NCBI GenBank assembly: GCA_002269645.1
Contig: NIVC01001101.1
Coordinates: 248,001 to 312,000 of the forward strand
Direction of reading: 5' to 3'
DNA length: 64,000 nucleotides
Origin: Macrostomum lignano
Lineage: Eukaryota
The translations under genes were made by a program, and so were the position numbers. The notes beneath the pieces are model-generated. The model was not told the DNA's origin. It saw only the letters and a list, made by a program, of their open reading frames with translations, and ran no database searches. Within the stretch, counting starts at the first letter, position 1, and each line of letters starts with the position of its first letter. Below, in pieces: positions 38,801-52,800 of the stretch.

Positions 38801-41800
38801 CTCTCCCTCTGCCTCTATCTCCCCTCCCCCTCTCTCTCTCCCTCCCTCTCGAGTCTCCCTCTCCCTTTCTCCCTCTCTCCCTCTCCCTCTCTCCCTCTTC
38901 CTCTCTCCGTCTCTCTTCTCTCTCCCTCCTCCCTCTCGCTCTCCCTATATGCTATATCCCCCTCTCTCTCTCCCTCTTTCTCCCACTATTTACACATTGT
39001 CTTCTGTATGTCTTTTTGACTCCTACGAGCTATTTCAATAAAAAAATAAGACAAATCTATACTCACTGCCTTTACTCTTGACTAGTATAAATATTAGCTG
39101 TCTGTGTTAAGTAAAGGAAACATTAAGTAATGTTAATTTTACATTGCATGTATTGCCATTCTATTGCGTATATATGCACAGCACTGTGCTTATTTTCATG
39201 TGTCTGTAAGCTACAGTATCACACCTTATGTTTCCCTTACCTACCGCAGCCACACCCAAGTATGCGCATGCATTCATGCATCTATTGTGCAAAAAAATTG
39301 TTCTGAAATCTATTTTTAGCATCAACATTTAGTCAGTCTGGTCTTACTGCCATAATTAGGCATGGGTTTTTACACCTGGAATTTGTCGCAGATGGTATAA
39401 GTCTTTCCCCTAAAGACAGGCAGACAGTCCGTGTTCATGTGATCATGGCTATCTAGATATGTAGAATTCTTTATTATTTGAAAAAGGGATTTTTTAGAAT
39501 GTGGAAATTTTGGACGTTTGTACTTATAGTAGTACTCTGTGTGTAACTTGAGCTTAAAAAAGCTTAAAAATTTCTTTCTTAAGCACCAACCCATACAATA
39601 ACCCCACACTCCAACTAATACAATGATCCCACACTCTAACCTATACAATGATCCCACACTCCAACCTATACAATGATCCCACACTCCAACCCATACAATG
39701 ATCCCATACTCCAACCTATACAATGATCCCACACTCCAACCTATACAATGATCCCACACCCCAACTCATACAATGATCCCACACTCCAACCTATACAATG
39801 ATCCCACACTCCAACCTATACAATGATCCCACACTCCAACCTATACAATGATCCCACACTCCAACCTATACAATGATCCCACACCCCAACTCATACAATG
39901 ATCCCACACTCCAACCTATACAATGATCCCACACTCCAACTCATACAATGATCCCACACTCCAACCCATACAATAACCCCACACCCCAACCTATACAATG
40001 ATCCCACACTCCAACCTATACAATGATCCCACACTCCAACTCATACAATGATCCCACACTCCAACCTATACAATGATCCCACACTCCAACTCATACAATG
40101 ATCCCACACTCCAACCTATACAATGATCCCACACCCCAACTCATACAATGATCCCACACTCCAACCTATACAATGATCCCACACTCCAACCTATACAATG
40201 ATCCCACACCCCAACTCATACAATGATCCCACAGTCATCCCAATCCATACAATGATCCCACACAGCCATCGTATCCCATACGACGATCCCACACCCATCC
40301 CACCCGCAGACCAATCCCGTGACGAGAAGCTCCGCCAGGCTCGCCAAAACCGAGAGGCCGAACGCGCCCGCCGCCTTCGCGCCCTCGAAGCGGCGCACCG
40401 TCAGGCCGAGGAGGCGCGCCAACGCCAGGAGGCGGCTCGCCGAGCTCGAATCGAAGCGGCCAGAGCTCGGGACGCCGAGCGTCGACGCGTCGTAGAAGAG
40501 CGCCGGCGCCAGCTAGAGGCGCAGGAGTCGCAGCGCAGGGCGACGCTGCTTCAACGATTGACAGAACGAGAGAGTCGGGCGGCGGAGCGGCAGCGCGAAC
40601 GACGCGGCCGGACCGGCATGGTGTTCGCGTTCGGTAGCTGTACACCCAGGGAGGTCTGCGAGGCTCCGCCTGCGGCTGCAACTGCTGCTGCCGAATCTTC
40701 TGGTGCTGCTGGCAGCCGGAGAGCCGTGAGCTGCGCTGGTCGGCCTTCTAATGGCGTTATGAGTGCCAGCGTTTGCGGTGAGTGCTGCTGTGCTTTAGTG
40801 TTCGGGTTTGTTGCTAGGGCAGATGCATGAGTCATAAATCATTCTATTTATCAATGTCTCACTTATTGTTTATCTGAAATCTCATCATTTGTCTCACCTG
40901 TTGATTATCTCAAATCTCTCATCATTTATCTCACGTGTTGATTATCTCAAATCTCTCATCATTTGTCTCACCTGTTGATTATCTCAAATCTCTCATCATT
41001 TATCTCACGTGTTGATTATCTCAAATCTGTCATCGTTTATCTCACCTGTTGATTATCTCAAATCTCTCATTATTTATCTCACCTGTTGATTATCTCAAAG
41101 CTCATTATTTATATCACCTGTTGATTATCTCAAATCTCATCGTTTATCTCACCTGTTGATTATCTCAAATCCAATTTCTATCTCACCTGTTGATTATCTC
41201 AAATCTCTCATCATTTGTCTCACCTGTTGATTATCTCAAATCTCATCATTTATCTCACCTGTTGTTTATCTCAAATCTCATCATTTATCTCACCTGTTGA
41301 TTATCTCAAATCTCTTATCATTTATCTCACCTGTTGATTATCTCAAATCTCATCATTTGTCTCACCTGTTGATTATCTCAAATCTCATCATTTATCTCAC
41401 CTGTTGTTTTTCTCAAATCTCATCATTTATCTCACCTGTTGATTATCTCAAATCTCTTATCATTTGTCTCACCTGTTGATTATCTCAAATCTCATCATTT
41501 ATCTCACCTGTTAATTATCTCAAATCTCATCATTTATCTCACCTGTTGATTATCTCAAATCTCATCATTTATCTCACCTGTTGATTATCTCACATCTCAT
41601 TTTACTCAGTTTTATGGCACATTATATATTAATGTTGTATACAACCTACTTATATATAACCTATAACAAATGTTGTGTTACTGCATTCTGTTGCGTGAAA
41701 ATATGCGTTTGTTTTAGTCTGTCCTCGACTACTGAGGGTGTACTCTCGGGCTGCACTGCGTCTACCATCGCCGCCGCCATTTCTTCGCGGTAAAAAGCAT

Positions 41801-44800
41801 GCTCAGGAAATTTATAGTATATATAGCAAACTAGAGATTGATCATCTATATATCGTACATGTTGTTAGCCGCGATGATGAAGATGAAAATATGCGGCTTG
41901 CCTGTCTGCCTTCCCGCATCGATTGCTGTTTGATTTCTATTTGATTGTTTTTTTTTAAAACTTCAATCTACTCAGTCTATTCATATACCTCTCATGATAC
42001 TAGTCTACTTCTCAGTCTTTCAATCTACCTCTCAGGGATACCAGTCTACTTCTCAGTCTACCAATCTACCTCTCAGTTTAATAATCTATCTCTTAGGACA
42101 TCTATCTACCTCTCAGGATACTTATCTACCTCTCAGTCCATCAGTCTACCTATCAATTTATCAATCTACCTCTCAAGGTGCAGATACTTCTCAAGATGTC
42201 TAATCTACCTCTCAGTCTATCAGTCTACCTCTCAGTCTATCAATCTAGCTCTCAGTCCGTCAGTCTACCTATCAATTTATCAGTCTACCTCTCAAGATGC
42301 AGATCTACTTCTCAAGATACCAATCTACCTCTCAGTACACAAATCTACCTGTATCAATATGTCTCAACTTACTGACATTAAAGTACATACCAACCTAATT
42401 ATCTGCATGTAAATTATGAAACGATTTTTTCACTAATTGAATGCTGCAAACAGAAATCAGGTGATTATGATTTTGTACTCTCTATTCAATAATGCAACTC
42501 ATCATCTCCCTACTAGGAGTCTTGCCCACAGTATCGGAAAATTCCGAATACTCAGTCTCTAAACAGCCGCAGTTTGATGGCTTGATGGCGTGCAGCTTGA
42601 CTGCCGACGAATTTAGATTGCAGTCGGCCTCTAGCGCTGTCCACTGCATGACGCGAAGTGTTATTGGTAATGCTGGCTGCTTCAGTACAGTCTATGGTCT
42701 TATCTGTTAGTTGGAATTGCAAAAAAATAGGTTTTGAAGCTACTGAAGGCCTGAGGGTAGGGGGTGGGTGACTGACAGTCTACTGAAGGCCTGAGGGTAG
42801 GGGGGGGGGTGACTGACAGTCTACTGAAGGCTTGAGGGTAGGGGATGACAGTCTACTGAAGGCTTTAGGGTAGGGAGTGACAGTCTAGTGAAGGCTTGAG
42901 GGTAGGGGGATGACAGTCTACTGAAGGCTTTAGGGTAGGGAGTGACAGTCTAGTGAAGGCTTGAGGGTAGGGGGATGACAGTCTACTGAAGGCTTGAGGG
43001 TAGGGGGTTACAGTCTACTGAAGGCTTGAGGGTAGGGGGTTACAGTCTACTGAAGGCTTGAGGGTAGGGGGTTACAGTCTACTGAAGGCTTGAGGGTAGG
43101 GGGTTACAGTCTACTGAAGGCTTGAGGGTAGGGGGTTACAGTCTACTGAAGGCTTGAGGGTAGGGGGTTACAGTCTACTGAAGGCTTGAGGGTAGGGGGT
43201 TACAGTCTACTGAAGGCTTGAGGGTAGGGGGTTACAGTCTACTGAAGGCTTGAGGGTAGGGGGTTACAGTCTACTGAAGGCTTGAGGGTAGGGGTGTCAG
43301 TCTACTGAAGGCTGAGGGTAGGGGGTTACAGTCTACTGAAGGCTTGAGGGTAGGGGGTTACAGTCTACTGAAGGCTTGAGGGTAGGGGGTTACAGTCTAC
43401 TGAAGGCTTGAGGGTAAGGGGTGTCAGTCTATTGAAATCGTAAAGTGATGATAAACATGAACGGATGGATATAAAGTTATGTTATGATGTTACTTTTATG
43501 ATGGCATACCGGTAACAAAAGCACTTGAAAGTCACAGCTAAAAGCCCGTATTATCAAGATGTTTAAAAACATTTCAGTTGATTTCTTCTCTAACATCAGC
43601 TTTTGTGTGTGAATTTTTGTTTTTCTAACTTAATGCTAAAAATGGCTGTCTGTCCTGCTTTCTAAAAGCATACTTTTCGTGCAGCCGATTTTGGCCGTTC
43701 TAACAGCCGAACAGAATTTTTGGCATCCAAAATTCTTAGCACGTCTGCTGTAGGCTCGAAAAGAATGCATCATTAACCGGCCATTCCTCTTGCCTGCCGT
43801 CCAAGAGGACGATAATTCGATTTGTGTCCTTTTTTCCTTCCTTCGCCCCGGCGCTAATCTGGTTCCGGTAGGAAAGTTTACGGCACGAATAAGATAAGGC
43901 TCTTAGGCAGCTGAGATCTGAGACTGTTATGCAGATTTTATTATTGCCAATTTTAAATTTATAAGATAGAAGGGAGGTAGTCTGTTATGGCGCTATGACT
44001 TGCTGTCTAAATAGTTCAGATGGATGGCTTTGGTATGCACTTTTACTGGGCTCTTTTTTGTCTTTTTTTGTTTCAACAATATTCAAGCCTGGGGTTCATT
44101 AGTAGGTTTGGTAGGTGTAAAGGTTGAGGGTAGTTTGGTGGTAGATTAGGGGTTGAGACGTAAATTGGTAGGTTGAGGGGTTAATTGATGGATTATAAGG
44201 TAGATTGGTAGATTTAAAGATATATTGATCAACTAAGAGGTAGACTGGTAGGTTTAAGGGTAGATTAGTAGATTTAAGGGTAGATTAGTAGGTTTAAGGG
44301 TAGATTAGTTGGTTGAGTGTTGTCTGGTAGGTTTAGAGGTAGACTAGGGGTTCAGACGTAGATTAGTAGATTAAGGGGTAGATTGATAAATTGAGAGGTA
44401 GATTGGTAGACTGAGAGATATGTTGATCAACTGAGAGGTAGATTGGTAGGTTGAGAGGTAGATTGGTAGGTTGAGAGTTAGATTGGTAGGTTGAGAGGTA
44501 GATTGGTAGGTTGATTGGTAGGTTGAATGGAAGATTGGTAGATTGAGAGGTAAATTGGTAGGTTGAGGGTACATTGGTAGGGTGAGGTGTAGATTAGTAG
44601 ATTGAGGGGTAGATTGGTAGGTTGATTGGTAGGTTGAATGGAAGATTGGTAGATTGAGAGGTAAATTGGTAGGTTGAGGGGTAGATTGGTAGGGTGAGGT
44701 GTAGATTAGTAGATTGAGGGGTAGATTGGTAGGTTCAAAGGTAGATTGATAAACTGAGGGTATATTGTTGAAAAGTAGATTCAGGGATAGATGCGTACGT

Positions 44801-47800
44801 TCAGGGGCATATTGACCAGGGTACTATTTTCAGTTTATATTTTCGCACAAACTGAGAAACAGAAATAAATCATTTTTAATTTTGCACTAAGCTAACTCTG
44901 TTTTGAAAGCTTACCACAACACAGCACGTCACTATGATATGCTAAAAATGCTATTATTAGTACTTCAAAAGTACAAACAAATTCCAAGCCTACTGATGAT
45001 ACCTGTGTGTACACCGAGCTTAAACTCCCCTCTCATCGTCATCATCCCCTTCCTGTCTCCGCAGTGTCCCGTTCTCGCGACAAGACCCTGGCAATGGACT
45101 CCTCTCTGGTGTCCAATAGCAGTGCCGATGGGCAAGGCTCTGTTAAAACTGCTGCCAACGCTAATTCTGTCGCATCCGGGAAGCGAAAAAGCAACAGCAA
45201 ATCCGTGGCAAAGTCGGCTGTAGATCTGACCAACAGCTCCGCTGAGTCAGGTGAGTCTCGGGCTGATGAGATAAGACCTGAGATGATGAGAGTTAAGATA
45301 AGAGACCAGAGATTGAGATAAGAGACGAGATTAAGATAGATCAGACATAAGAGGCAGAGATTATATGATATGATGTGAGAAATACAAAGATTAGAGGTTA
45401 CACTATTGGAGATAAGACTAATGATGCCATATGAGACAGTGACAGATGAGATATGTGACACGGAGCGGAGATATGAGACTGGGAAGGATGAGATATGAGA
45501 CACATGGGAGAGATGAGATATGAGACAGGGAGAGATGAGATATGAGACAGGGAGAGATAAGATATGAGACAGGCAGAGATATGAGGTATGAGACAGGGAT
45601 AGATGAGATATGAGACACAGGGAGAGATAAGATATGCGACAGGGAGAGATGAGATATGCGACAGGGAGAGATGAGATATGAGACACGGAGAAATGAGATA
45701 TGAGACACAGAGAGATGAGATATGAGACACGGAGAAATGAGATATGAGACACAGAGAGATGAGATATGAGACACAGAGAGATGAGATATGAGACACGGAG
45801 AAATGAGATATGAGACACGGAGAAATGAGATATGAGACAGGGAGAGATGAGATATGCGACAGGGAGAGATGAGATATGAGACACGGAGAAATGAGATATG
45901 AGACACAGAGAGATGAGATATGAGACACGGAGAAATGAGATATGAGACAGGGAGAGATGAGATATGAGACAGGGAGAAATGAGATATGAGACAGGGAGAG
46001 ATGAGATATGAGACACGGAGAAATGAGATATGAGACACAGAGAGATGAGATATGAGACACAGAGAGATGAGATATGAGACAGGGAGAAATGAGATATGAG
46101 ACAGGGAGAGATGAGATATGAGACACGGAGAAATGAGATATGAGACACAGAGAGATGAGATATGAGACACAGAGAGATGAGATATGAGACACGGAGAGAT
46201 GAGATATGAGACACGGAGAAATGAGATATGAGACACGGAGAAATGAGATATGAGACACAGGGAGATGAGATATGAGACACGGAGAGATGAGATATGAGAC
46301 ACGGAGAAATGAGATATGAGACACGGAGAAATGAGATATGAGACACAGGGAGATGAGATATGAGACACAGGGAGATGAGATATGAGACACGGAGAAATGA
46401 GATATGAGACACAGGGAGAGATAAGATATGCGACAGGGAGAGATGAGATATGCAACAGGGAGAGATGAGATATGAGACACGGAGAAATGAGATATGAGAC
46501 ACAGAGAGATGAGATATGAGACACGGAGAAATGAGATATGAGACACAGAGAGATGAGATATGAGACACAGAGAGATGAGATATGAGACACGGAGAAATGA
46601 GATATGAGACACGGAGAAATGAGATATGAGACAGGGAGAGATGAGATATGCGACAGGGAGAGATGAGATATGAGACACGGAGAAATGAGATATGAGACAC
46701 AGAGAGATGAGATATGAGACACGGAGAAATGAGATATGAGACAGGGAGAGATGAGATATGAGACAGGGAGAAATGAGATATGAGACAGGGAGAGATGAGA
46801 TATGAGACACGGAGAAATGAGATATGAGACACAGAGAGATGAGATATGAGACACAGAGAGATGAGATATGAGACACGGAGAGATGAGATATGAGACACGG
46901 AGAAATGAGATATGAGACACGGAGAAATGAGATATGAGACACAGGGAGATGAGATATGAGACACGGAGAAATGAGATATGAGACACAGGGAGATGAGATA
47001 TGAGACACAGGGAGATGAGATATGAGACACGGAGAAATGAGATATGAGACACAGGGAGATGAGATATGAGACACGGAGAAATGAGATATGAGACACAGGG
47101 AGATGAGATATGAGACACGGAGAGATGAGATATGAGACAGGGAGAGATGAGATATGAGACACAGGGAGAGATGAAATATGAGACACGGAGAAATGAGATA
47201 TGAGACAGGGAGAGATGAGATATGAGACACAGGGAGAGATGAGATATGAGACAGTGAGAGATGAGTTATGATGAGATATGATACAGAGAGACGTCAGACA
47301 GACATACCATGCTGGACAGACTAGCAGAGAGAAGTAGCAGAGCATCAGATAAAATTTCCCATCTACACACGAAGCTGGCTCGCTGTACTTTTCTGTAGCC
47401 GTAGTTTATTTCAACCATCAGCTTGTAATTGCTGGCTAATTCACTTTCCAAACACTGGGCAGTGCCTCCTATCTGAGTTCCCTTATCGGTCTGTCTGGGG
47501 ATGGAAATCCTCATGTGTGTATTTTTGCAGAAGCAACACACGGTTTTATAGACTGCCTCACATTGATCAGTCTGGATCTGATGTTATCGTAATGACTTAA
47601 TCAGATTCAGAAATCCCCTAGTAGGAATGTCCATTTTACAATAGCCTCTTCAAAAATCGCCCTTTAGAAATCGATAATTAAAATCGCCCCTTCAAGAATC
47701 GCCCTTTAGAAATCGATATTTAAAAATCGCCTCATTAGAATCGCCCTTTAGAAATTGATAATTAAAAAATCGCCTCATTAGAATCGCCCTTTAGAAATTG

Positions 47801-48598
47801 ATAATAAAAATCGCCTCTCTAAAAATCGCCCTATAGAAATTGATAATTAAAATCGCCTCTCAAGAATCGCCCTTTAGAAATTGATAATAAAAATCGCCCC
47901 CTCAAGAATCGCCCTTTAGAAATTGATAATAAAAATCGCCCCCTCAAGAATCGCCCTTTAGAAATTGATAATAAAAATCGCCCCCTCAAGAATCGCCCTT
48001 TAGAAATTGATAATTAAAACTATCGCCTCATTAGAATCGCCCTTTCGAAATTGATAATAAAAATCGCCTCATTAGAATCGCCCTTTAGAAATTGATACTT
48101 AAAAAATCGCCCCATCGCAACCCCTCCTCAGCCGCTGCCCCAGCCACGCCCCGATCCAAACCGGCCTCTCGTCTGTCTTCCGCCGCGAACCTGAGCAGCG
48201 CCGGTCGCATCAAAAATCCCAAACCGACATCAGAGTTGTCCCTTCCAGTCAGCGGGCGAATGACAGCTTCGGCCACTGAGCACACTCTCATGTCGCGGTC
48301 TGCCGAGCAAGAGGCGCAGCAGAGACGAAAGCAGCAACAGCAACAGAAGCCAATGGCCAGAACTAGCAAGTCTTCGCCTGCTACTCAGAATCAGCCCGCA
48401 GGTGGCATGGCCAAGTCCATGGTGGAGCTGCCCTCTGCCGGCAAGGCCGCGGTTAAGAAGGTGAATTAATCGATGATCTGTCTGCGTGTCTGTCTTTGCC
48501 TGTGTGTCTGTGTGTCTGTCTGTGTGTCTGTCTGTGTGTCTGTGTGTCTGTCTGTGTGTCTGTCTGTCTGTCTGTCTGTGTGTCTGTCTTTGTCTGTG

Positions 48599-48657
<59 letters not shown>

Positions 48658-48790
48658 GTGTCTGTCTTTGCCTGTGTGTCTGTGTGTCTGTCTGTGTGTC
48701 TGTCTGTCTGTGTGTCTGTGTGTCTGTCTGTCTGTCTGTGTGTCTGTCTGTCTGTCTGTCTGTGTGTCTGTCTTTTTCTGTCTGTCTGTG

Positions 48791-48837
<47 letters not shown>

Positions 48838-48906
48838 GTGTCTGTCTGTCTGTGTGTCTGTCTGTCTGTGTGTCTGTATGTCTGTCTGTCTGTCTGTCTG
48901 TCTGTG

Positions 48907-48937
<31 letters not shown>

Positions 48938-48974
48938 GTCTCTGTCTGTCTGTGTCTCTGTCTGTCTGTCTTAC

Positions 48975-49031
<57 letters not shown>

Positions 49032-49516
49032 GTCTGTCTGTCTGTCTTACTATTTAGCATTTCACAAGCCCAATTTCTGTTGCCCGTCCGAGCAGCCGGT
49101 CCGAACGAAGCGCCCCCTATCGTCCATAGCGGCCTCCCCAGCCGCAGTGGACAGAGTGGCCAAGCCAAAGGTATTCATTTCCTCCGATTTTGTTCAGACT
49201 AGCCATTATGCATACGGCTAATTGCTGCGTTGTGCTGCATGTGTTGTTTATCTCGCATCGGATCATAATCACAATTCAGTCTACTAATTTTACTACTGTC
49301 ACCTCATCTTGTCAGTCGTATTGCATGCAAATCTAGCGAAACTCGGTGTTGATAAATTGCTTCTTAGAAATATTAGTCAGCTGGCTTTTGTTATAGAGCA
49401 ACATAATATATTTACTAGTGCTATTTATGATACTACTACTGCTATTACTACTACTGCTACTACTACTACTACTACTACTACTACTGCTACTACTACTACT
49501 ATAACTGCTACTACTG

Positions 49517-49564
<48 letters not shown>

Positions 49565-49649
49565 TTACTACTACTTCTACTACTACTACTACCACTACTT
49601 CTACTACTACTACTACTACTACTACTGCTATTACTACTACTACTACTGG

Positions 49650-49685
<36 letters not shown>

Positions 49686-49687
49686 TT

Positions 49688-49740
<53 letters not shown>

Positions 49741-49769
49741 GCTACTACTACTACTACTACTACTGCTAT

Positions 49770-49848
<79 letters not shown>

Positions 49849-52800
49849 GCTATTACTACTACTACTTCTACTGCTACTACTACTACTGCTATTACTACTA
49901 CTACTTCTACTGCTACTACCGCCCCTACACAGCCGGACACTGCAGCGTCTCAAGGCAAACAGCAGCAGAATCCGTCGTCGGCCTCTTCAACAGTCCGCAA
50001 CACTCGGCAAACCAAAGCGCCAGCTTCAGCCTCAGCTTCAGCGGCTCCAAAGTCGGTGCCAAAGTCGCAGTCAGCTCAGGACTTGAAGCCGCCGCCAGCT
50101 GAGCAGCCGGCCGTTGTGAAAGTCGAAGATGAGCAGCCGGCGAGCGTCGAAGTCGAAGTGGCACCGGCGGAGGCGGACGCCGCGGCAGAGGCCGCTGCCG
50201 AGGCCAAGCGCCGGTTCGAGGAGCAGCGCCGGCTGCACCGGGAGCGCGCCGAGGCGGAGCGCCGGGCCGAGGAAGAGTTCCGGCGTCGCCGGGCCGAGGA
50301 GCAGCAACGACGCGAGGCCGAGGCTGCCGAGGCCGCCGCCAGAGCTGCCGAGGAGGCGGCAGCGGCCGAGGCGGCCCGGCTGGCGGAGGAGGCGGCGGCC
50401 GCTGAGGCTGCGGAGCGGGCAGCGGAGGAGGCCCAACAAAGAGAGGAAGAGGAGAAGAAAGCGGTGAGTGGCGACCTTCTCCTTCTAAATTCCTATCTGC
50501 TCTTCTATCTATTTAGTCCTCCGTAAAATTACCCTAATCCACCGTTAATCCGCCCCTACAATAATCTTTATTTCTCGATAATTTTTCCTCCAGAAATCAT
50601 CCTACTCCTTTGCTAATCTATCAACAAAAGTCACCTTAATCCCTCATTAATCCACCAGTAAGAGTCACCCTAATCCCTCGTTAATCCACCAGTAAGAGTC
50701 ACCCTAATCCCTCGTTAATCCACCAGTAAGAATCTCCCTAATCCCTCGTTAATCCATCAGTAAGAATCTCCCTAATCCCTCGTTAATCCACCACTAAGAG
50801 TCACCCTAATCCCTCGTTAATCCACCACTAAGAATCTCTCTAATCCCTCGTTAGTCCACCACTAAGAGTCACCCTAATCCCCTTTTTAATCCTCCCCAGG
50901 CCGAGGCGGCAGCTCAGGCCGCTCGGGAGCGCGAAGAAGCTGAGCGCCTTGAACGCCGTCGCAAACTCGAAGCCATCATGAATCGAGTCAAAACCACTCC
51001 GGCCTCGTTGCCTAGCAACGATCCCACATCCGGAGACTCGGCAGACAGTAAAGCTCAGATGCCTCAGCTACCCATGCCAGCCGCTGACGAGACGCCTTCA
51101 ACAGCTGCAAACCAGATGTCAGCCTCGATGCTGATCTCTTCAGCTGGCACCGCGGCATCTTTGTCGACGCCGAGCATGTCAGCTTCCATGATGTCCGCCT
51201 CCTCGTTGAGCACCAACGGCAACGGCAGCAACCCTGCCCTGGCTCGGCTGGTTGCTACTGGCCGGCTGAAAGGCACCAAGGCGGCCGAGATTCTGGCTAG
51301 GCACGCTGTGCCGTCGACACCGCGGGTGCCGCTGTCGATGCAGCAGCAGCGGCAGGAAAAGGAGGAGGAGGGGGACACCTCCGTCAGCACGTCTGCTGCC
51401 GCCGCCGCCGATGCAAGGTAAGATTTTAGACCCTTTTATTGACATTGCCTCATTCTTGAGTCACCCCATTCTATGAATCACCCCATTCTGTGAATCACCC
51501 CATTCTGTGAATCACCCCATTCTATGAATCGCCCCATTCTGTGAATCGCCCCATTCTATGAATCACCCCATTCTATGAATCGCCCCATTCTATGAATCGC
51601 CCCATTCTATGAATCACCCCATTTTTGAGTCACCCCATTCTATGAATCGCCCCATTCTATGAGTCACCCCATTCTATGAATCGCCCCATTCTTGAGTCAC
51701 CCCATTCTATGAATCGCCCCATTCTTGAGTCACCCCATTCTATGAATCGCCCCATTCTATGAAACGCCCCATTCTGTGAATCACCCCATTCTATGAATCG
51801 CCCCATTCTGTGAATCACCCCATTCTATGAATCACCCCATTCTATGAATCGCCCCATTCTATGAATCGCCCCATTCTGTGAATCACCCCATTCTATGAAT
51901 CGCCCCATTCTTGAGTCACCCCATTCTATGAATCGCCCCATTCTTGAGTCACCCCATTCTATGAATCGCCCCATTCTATGAATCGCCCCATTCTATGAAA
52001 CGCCCCATTCTGTGAATCACCCCATTCTATGAATCACCCCATTATATGAGTCACCCCATTCTGTGAATCACCCCATTCTGTGAATCACCCCATTCTATGA
52101 ATCACCCCATTCTATGAATCACCCCATTCTATGAATCACCCCATTCTATGAATCGCCCCATTCTGTGAATCACCCCATTCTATGAATCGCCCCATTCTGT
52201 GAATCACCCCATTCTATGAATCGCCCCATTCTATGAATCGCCCCATTCTGTGAATCACCCCATTCTATGAATCGCCCCATTCTGTGAATCACCCCATTCT
52301 ATGAATCGCCCCATTCTATGAATCACCCCATTCAAAATCACCCCATTCTATGAATCGCCCCATTCTATGAATCGCCCCATTCTATGAATCACCCCATTCT
52401 TTGAATCGCCCCATTTTAAGAATCACCCCATTCTATGAATCGTATCATTCTATGAATCGGCCCATTCTATGAATCGCCCCATTCTATGAATCGTATCATT
52501 CTATGAATCGGCCCATTCTATGAATCGCCCCATTCTATGAATCGCCCCATTCTATGAATCGTTTCTTTCTATGAATCGCCCCATTCTAAGAATCACCTCA
52601 TTCTCCGCCCCAACAGCCCCGACTCTCCGCCCCAACAGCCCCGACTCTCCGCCCCAACAGCTCCGACTCAGTTGCCTCAGTTGAAAAAATCGTCTTATCT
52701 TAAGAATCGCTTCAGTCGAAAAAATCGCCCCAGCCTAATAATCGTCATTTGTAAAAATCGCCCTATCTTAAGAATTTCCTCAGCTGAAAAAATCGCCGTA

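Noticed and set aside
43685-43867. Possible 183-nt poison exon (GCAG| ... CCG|GTAGGA) in the MAP7 intron
   Set aside because: Contains an in-frame TAA in the required phase and the splice sites are only moderate; cannot be supported without RNA data.
45042-47345. 767, 610 and 566 aa minus-strand ORFs
   Set aside because: Translation of a stop-poor minisatellite antisense to the MAP7 intron.
49309-49932. Poly-Thr mucin-like N-terminal extension of ORF 49309-50526
   Set aside because: It is the intronic (TAC)n tract; the exon begins at the CAG acceptor at 49933.
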